64,000 nucleotides of DNA. It comes from an uncultured Chloroflexia bacterium (GTDB lineage: Bacteria; Chloroflexota; Limnocylindria; Limnocylindrales; CSP1-4). Where the stretch lies: positions 1,440,001 to 1,504,000 of the forward strand of contig CAVXPZ010000001.1 in assembly GCA_963763775.1 (NCBI GenBank), given 5' to 3'. A program made the position numbers and the translations under genes. The notes below the pieces were generated by a model that was not told the DNA's origin, made no database searches, and saw only the letters and a list, made by a program, of their open reading frames with translations. Below, one piece after another: positions 61,125 to 64,000 of the stretch (position 1 is the stretch's first letter; each line of letters begins with the position of its first letter).

Positions 61125-62524
61125 CGTTCGCGGCCCAGACGCCGGTCTCGGCGGCGATCCGACCGGCCTTGACGGCGGCCACGAGGGCGGCGTGGTCGCG
61201 CTCGGTCTGGTCGGCGTACGCGTCGCCGAAGTCCGCGATGGCGTCGTCGAAGACCGGGCCGGCCCCAAGGTACCCGGCGATCTCCGCGGGATTGCCCGAC
61301 CGTGAGTGTGCACGGGCCAGCGCCCACGCACACACCTTGCGCGTAGAGGTCCATCCCCGGTGGTGCGAAGACCCGGTGATATCGACGCCGTACTTCATGT
61401 CGTGGAGCTGCCGCGACGTAGTACTCGGTGCCGGTGATCGGCGACTTCGTCCAACCAAGGAAGCTGTCCGACACGGCCTGCATGATCCGCTGGCCGGTCA
61501 CGACTCGCTCGCCCTGATGCCGCGGTTTGCGGACCGGATGTAGCGGAGCGAGCACGGACTCCGTCGCTTCCTTGACCTGGAGCACCAGCGGTCCACCGGC
61601 GGGTCCCGCGAACAGGGCGACGTAGCATCGCGTCCCGACGCTCCCGACACCGACAACCTTGAGCGCGACGTCGAGCAGCCGGTGCTTCTCGACGAGGACC
61701 CGACGGTCCGGGGCGAGTGACCGTACATAGGACCGGTGCATCTGGTCGAGGACGGCACGGCCAGGGTCGTCATCGGGTAGTCGCCGCAGCAGTGGCGGAC
61801 GGTCGCGGATCAACCATCCGCCGCCGGGCACCGTCACCGAGAGCTTGCCCAGCGCCGAGATGTGGTCACGCTTGTCGCGCCGTGTCGACATCGGAGAGGA
61901 TGTCCGTGCGGAGTCGCTCGCGCTCGACGCGTTCGAGGATGCGTCTCGATGGGGATCGCGGCGTACCAGACCTGCAATGCCCGCATTCCCGCGTAGGTGC
62001 GGACCCATCGGCGGTACTCGGCAGCCGACGACCCTGGCGGTGTCCCGGGCTGTCGCCTCGCTGTACCCGTTTTCCCGGGACGCGACGACGAAACTGGCCG
62101 CCAGACGCTTGACGTCCCACTCCCAGGGCCCTGGATGGGTCTCATCGAAGTCGTTGAGGTCGAAGACAAGACGGCGCTCCGGGCTGGCGAACACCCCGAA
62201 ATTCGAGAGGTGCGCGTCGCCGCAGAGCTGGACGCGCGACCCGGTCGTTCCGGTCGAGGCGAGATCGCCGGCCATCACCGCAGCCGACCCACGCAGGAAC
62301 GCGAACGGGGACGCGAGCATGCGCCCGATCCGGATGGGCGTGAGCTCCTGGATGCGCGCTGCATTCGAGGCGATCAACGTGACAACGGGGTCCGCCCGGC
62401 CGGTCGGGGGCGACCAGGTCGCCTGACTCCGACGTGGCGTCGCCTTTCGGAGGCCGACGCCACGCGCGAGCGAGAGGGCGGCGCGGCTGTCCGGTGGAAG
62501 GGTGGCCTCAGGGTCGGGGATCAC
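61121..62524 (-). CDS. DUF2252-family protein (several compensating frameshifts)
   Basis: RMLASPFAFLRGSA, CGDAHLSNFG, FDLNDFDE, PWEWDVKRL, KVVGVGSVGTR, LQVKEA, YADQTERDH. Confidence 0.88.
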   Translation of the reverse strand: MIPDPEATLPPDSRAALSLARGVGLRKATPRRSQATWSPPTGRADPVVTLIASNAARIQELTPIRIGRMLASPFAFLRGSAAVMAGDLASTGTTGSRVQLCGDAHLSNFGVFASPERRLVFDLNDFDETHPGPWEWDVKRLAASFVVASRENGYSEATARDTARVVGCRVPPMGPHLRGNAGIAGLVRRDPHRDASSNASSASDSARTSSPMSTRRDKRDHISALGKLSVTVPGGGWLIRDRPPLLRRLPDDDPGRAVLDQMHRSYVRSLAPDRRVLVEKHRLLDVALKVVGVGSVGTRCYVALFAGPAGGPLVLQVKEATESVLAPLHPVRKPRHQGERVVTGQRIMQAVSDSFLGWTKSPITGTEYYVAAAPRHEVRRRYHRVFAPPGMDLYAQGVCVGAGPCTLTVGQSRGDRRVPWGRPGLRRRHRGLRRRVRRPDRARPRRPRGRRQGRSDRRRDRRLGRER

Positions 62525-62639
62525 CGGCCAAGGCTACCGCGTCCAGCCCGATCGGAACCGTGGCCCGCCGTCCACCGAGGTGCCCGAGCGCAACGAGGTC
62601 GCACGTGTCGTCGTGACAGGTCACCGGCACTGCGCGACG

Positions 62640-63575
62640 ATGCGACCGTCGAGCGGCATCATCACGACCGCGATCAACACGGAGGCAGGGCGGATTCGTT
62701 CCCCAGTCGAGATCCAAGGTTCTGTCACGCGATGGCTCGCGCGTCGAGACGTCTGGCTCGTCCTCTCTGCCGTCGGGTTCGCGATCCTCGTCTGGAACAT
62801 CTACCGAAAGGTGCCCGAGGCGGAGATCTTCGGGATGGACGCGCGCGCCTATTGGCTGATCGACCCGGCCTCGCCATACGGGCGGGTGGTGGGTGCCGAG
62901 AACGCCTTCCTCTACGCGCCGCCGTTCGCGTCGTTGTTCGGGTTCGCCGGCTCGTTGTCATGGGAATCGTTCCGCCTCATGTGGTTGGCGATCGAGCTCG
63001 CCGCGCTGGTCTGGCTCGCGCGCGGGTGGACCCTTGTGGTCCTGGCCTTCCCTCCGGTGATCAACGAGCTCTTCTTCGGCAACATCAATCTGCTCATCGC
63101 CGTCGCGATCACGGTCGGCTTCCGCTGGGCGGGCGCCTGGTCGTTCATCATCCTCACGAAGGTGACGCCCGGCGTCGGTCTGATCTGGTTCGCGGTCCGG
63201 CGGGAGTGGCGAGCCCTCGCCACCGCGATCAGCGTCACCGCAGCGATCGTCGCCGTCTCGTTCCTGGTGGCGCCCGGGCTATGGCGCGATTGGTTCACTG
63301 TGCTGGCGACGAGCGATCCCATGGGGACGGTGGAGGCGATCCCGGTGCCGCTACTCCCGCGCGTCATCGTGGCGGGCCTGATCATCGGGTGGGGAGGGCT
63401 CACTGACCGCCGCTGGACCGTTCCCGTGGGATCGGTGCTGGCCCTCCCCGTGATCTGGTCCGCTGGCCTAAGCATCCTTGTCGCCCTTGTGCCCCTCGCT
63501 CGAGAGGCCATCGCGCAGTCACGAACGGACGTCGGTCTCAGCAGACCCCTCTCGATCGCCGACCGCACCGCCTGA
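62640..63575 (+). CDS. GT87 (DUF2029) polytopic glycosyltransferase (start uncertain)
   Basis: DARAYW, FLYAPPF, ELFFGNINLL, LTKVTPG...RREWR. Confidence 0.85.
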   Translation: MRPSSGIITTAINTEAGRIRSPVEIQGSVTRWLARRDVWLVLSAVGFAILVWNIYRKVPEAEIFGMDARAYWLIDPASPYGRVVGAENAFLYAPPFASLFGFAGSLSWESFRLMWLAIELAALVWLARGWTLVVLAFPPVINELFFGNINLLIAVAITVGFRWAGAWSFIILTKVTPGVGLIWFAVRREWRALATAISVTAAIVAVSFLVAPGLWRDWFTVLATSDPMGTVEAIPVPLLPRVIVAGLIIGWGGLTDRRWTVPVGSVLALPVIWSAGLSILVALVPLAREAIAQSRTDVGLSRPLSIADRTA

Positions 63576-63599
63576 GGACCGACCCTGGTCGGTAGCGTC

Positions 63600-64000
63600 T
63601 TAGGTACGGCGCATCTCGCCGATCGCGTCCACGAGCGCCGCGACTTCGTCGTCGGTGTTGTAGTAGTGGACGGACGCGCGGACGACGGATCCCAGCCCCC
63701 GGCTCTCCAGGCCCAACCGGTGGTAGGCGACATCCGAGACCGAGACGTTGATCCGCCGCGCCCGCAGCTCGGCTTCGACCGACGACGCGTCTCGGCCCTC
63801 GACGGTGAACGTCACGATCGCCGATCGGCGGGCGCCCGGGTCGTGGACGGCGACCCCGTCTGTGGCGGTCAGGCCGGCTCGCATCCGGTCCGCGAGGGCC
63901 ACGACCCGGGCCTCGATGGCCTCGAGCCCCCAGCCGAGGGCGTAGTCCACGGCCACGCCGAACCCGAGCTTCGCGGCGATGTTCGCCTCCCAGTTCTCGA
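63600..64000 (-). CDS. Class-V PLP enzyme (cysteine desulfurase-like), C-terminal part
   Basis: ENWEANIAAKLGFGVAVDYA...SAIVTF...VRASVHYYNT. Confidence 0.88.
   Translation of the reverse strand, partial: ENWEANIAAKLGFGVAVDYALGWGLEAIEARVVALADRMRAGLTATDGVAVHDPGARRSAIVTFTVEGRDASSVEAELRARRINVSVSDVAYHRLGLESRGLGSVVRASVHYYNTDDEVAALVDAIGEMRRT

Overview
A very GC-rich bacterial chromosomal segment with about 65 genes. I found no rRNA, tRNA, CRISPR array or transposase/integrase. The gene content and the many Ala/Pro/Ser-rich 'AAC' lipoproteins suggest a high-GC Chloroflexota (Limnocylindria-like) or an actinobacterium; this is inference only. Recognisable blocks: a partial arylsulfatase; sodN-sodX; three luciferase-like monooxygenases; a MarR-MFS efflux pair; an MPT70-like fasciclin gene behind an exact SigK-type promoter; a Zn/Mn ABC transporter with a truncated binding protein; a LOG protein; an ACT pair that includes an archaeal-type AF1403/DUF5612 protein; xth; a GGDEF-EAL protein; a probable N-methyl/betaine demethylation cluster (Rieske oxygenase, two GcvT-like proteins, TetR, PYROXD2-like oxidoreductase); a beta-CASP nuclease; a CtaA-CtaB fusion; a dispersed pyrimidine pathway (pyrR-B-C, pyrK-D, pyrE) with a two-loop PyrR leader; and a lipB / GalT-like / ECF sigma / anti-sigma cluster. 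At least 14 genes, including pyrC, lipB and ctaB, carry single-base frameshifts, most likely long-read consensus errors, so I do not call them pseudogenes. The best novelty candidates are: the GalT-fold protein whose catalytic HPH is remodelled to HLC next to an ECF pair; the archaeal-type ACT/DUF5612 module; the demethylation cluster with a shared operator-like motif and a ~200-nt nested inverted repeat; and an acidic duplicated-domain protein coupled to pyrK. All family assignments come from motif recognition without database searches, and several start codons are best guesses.
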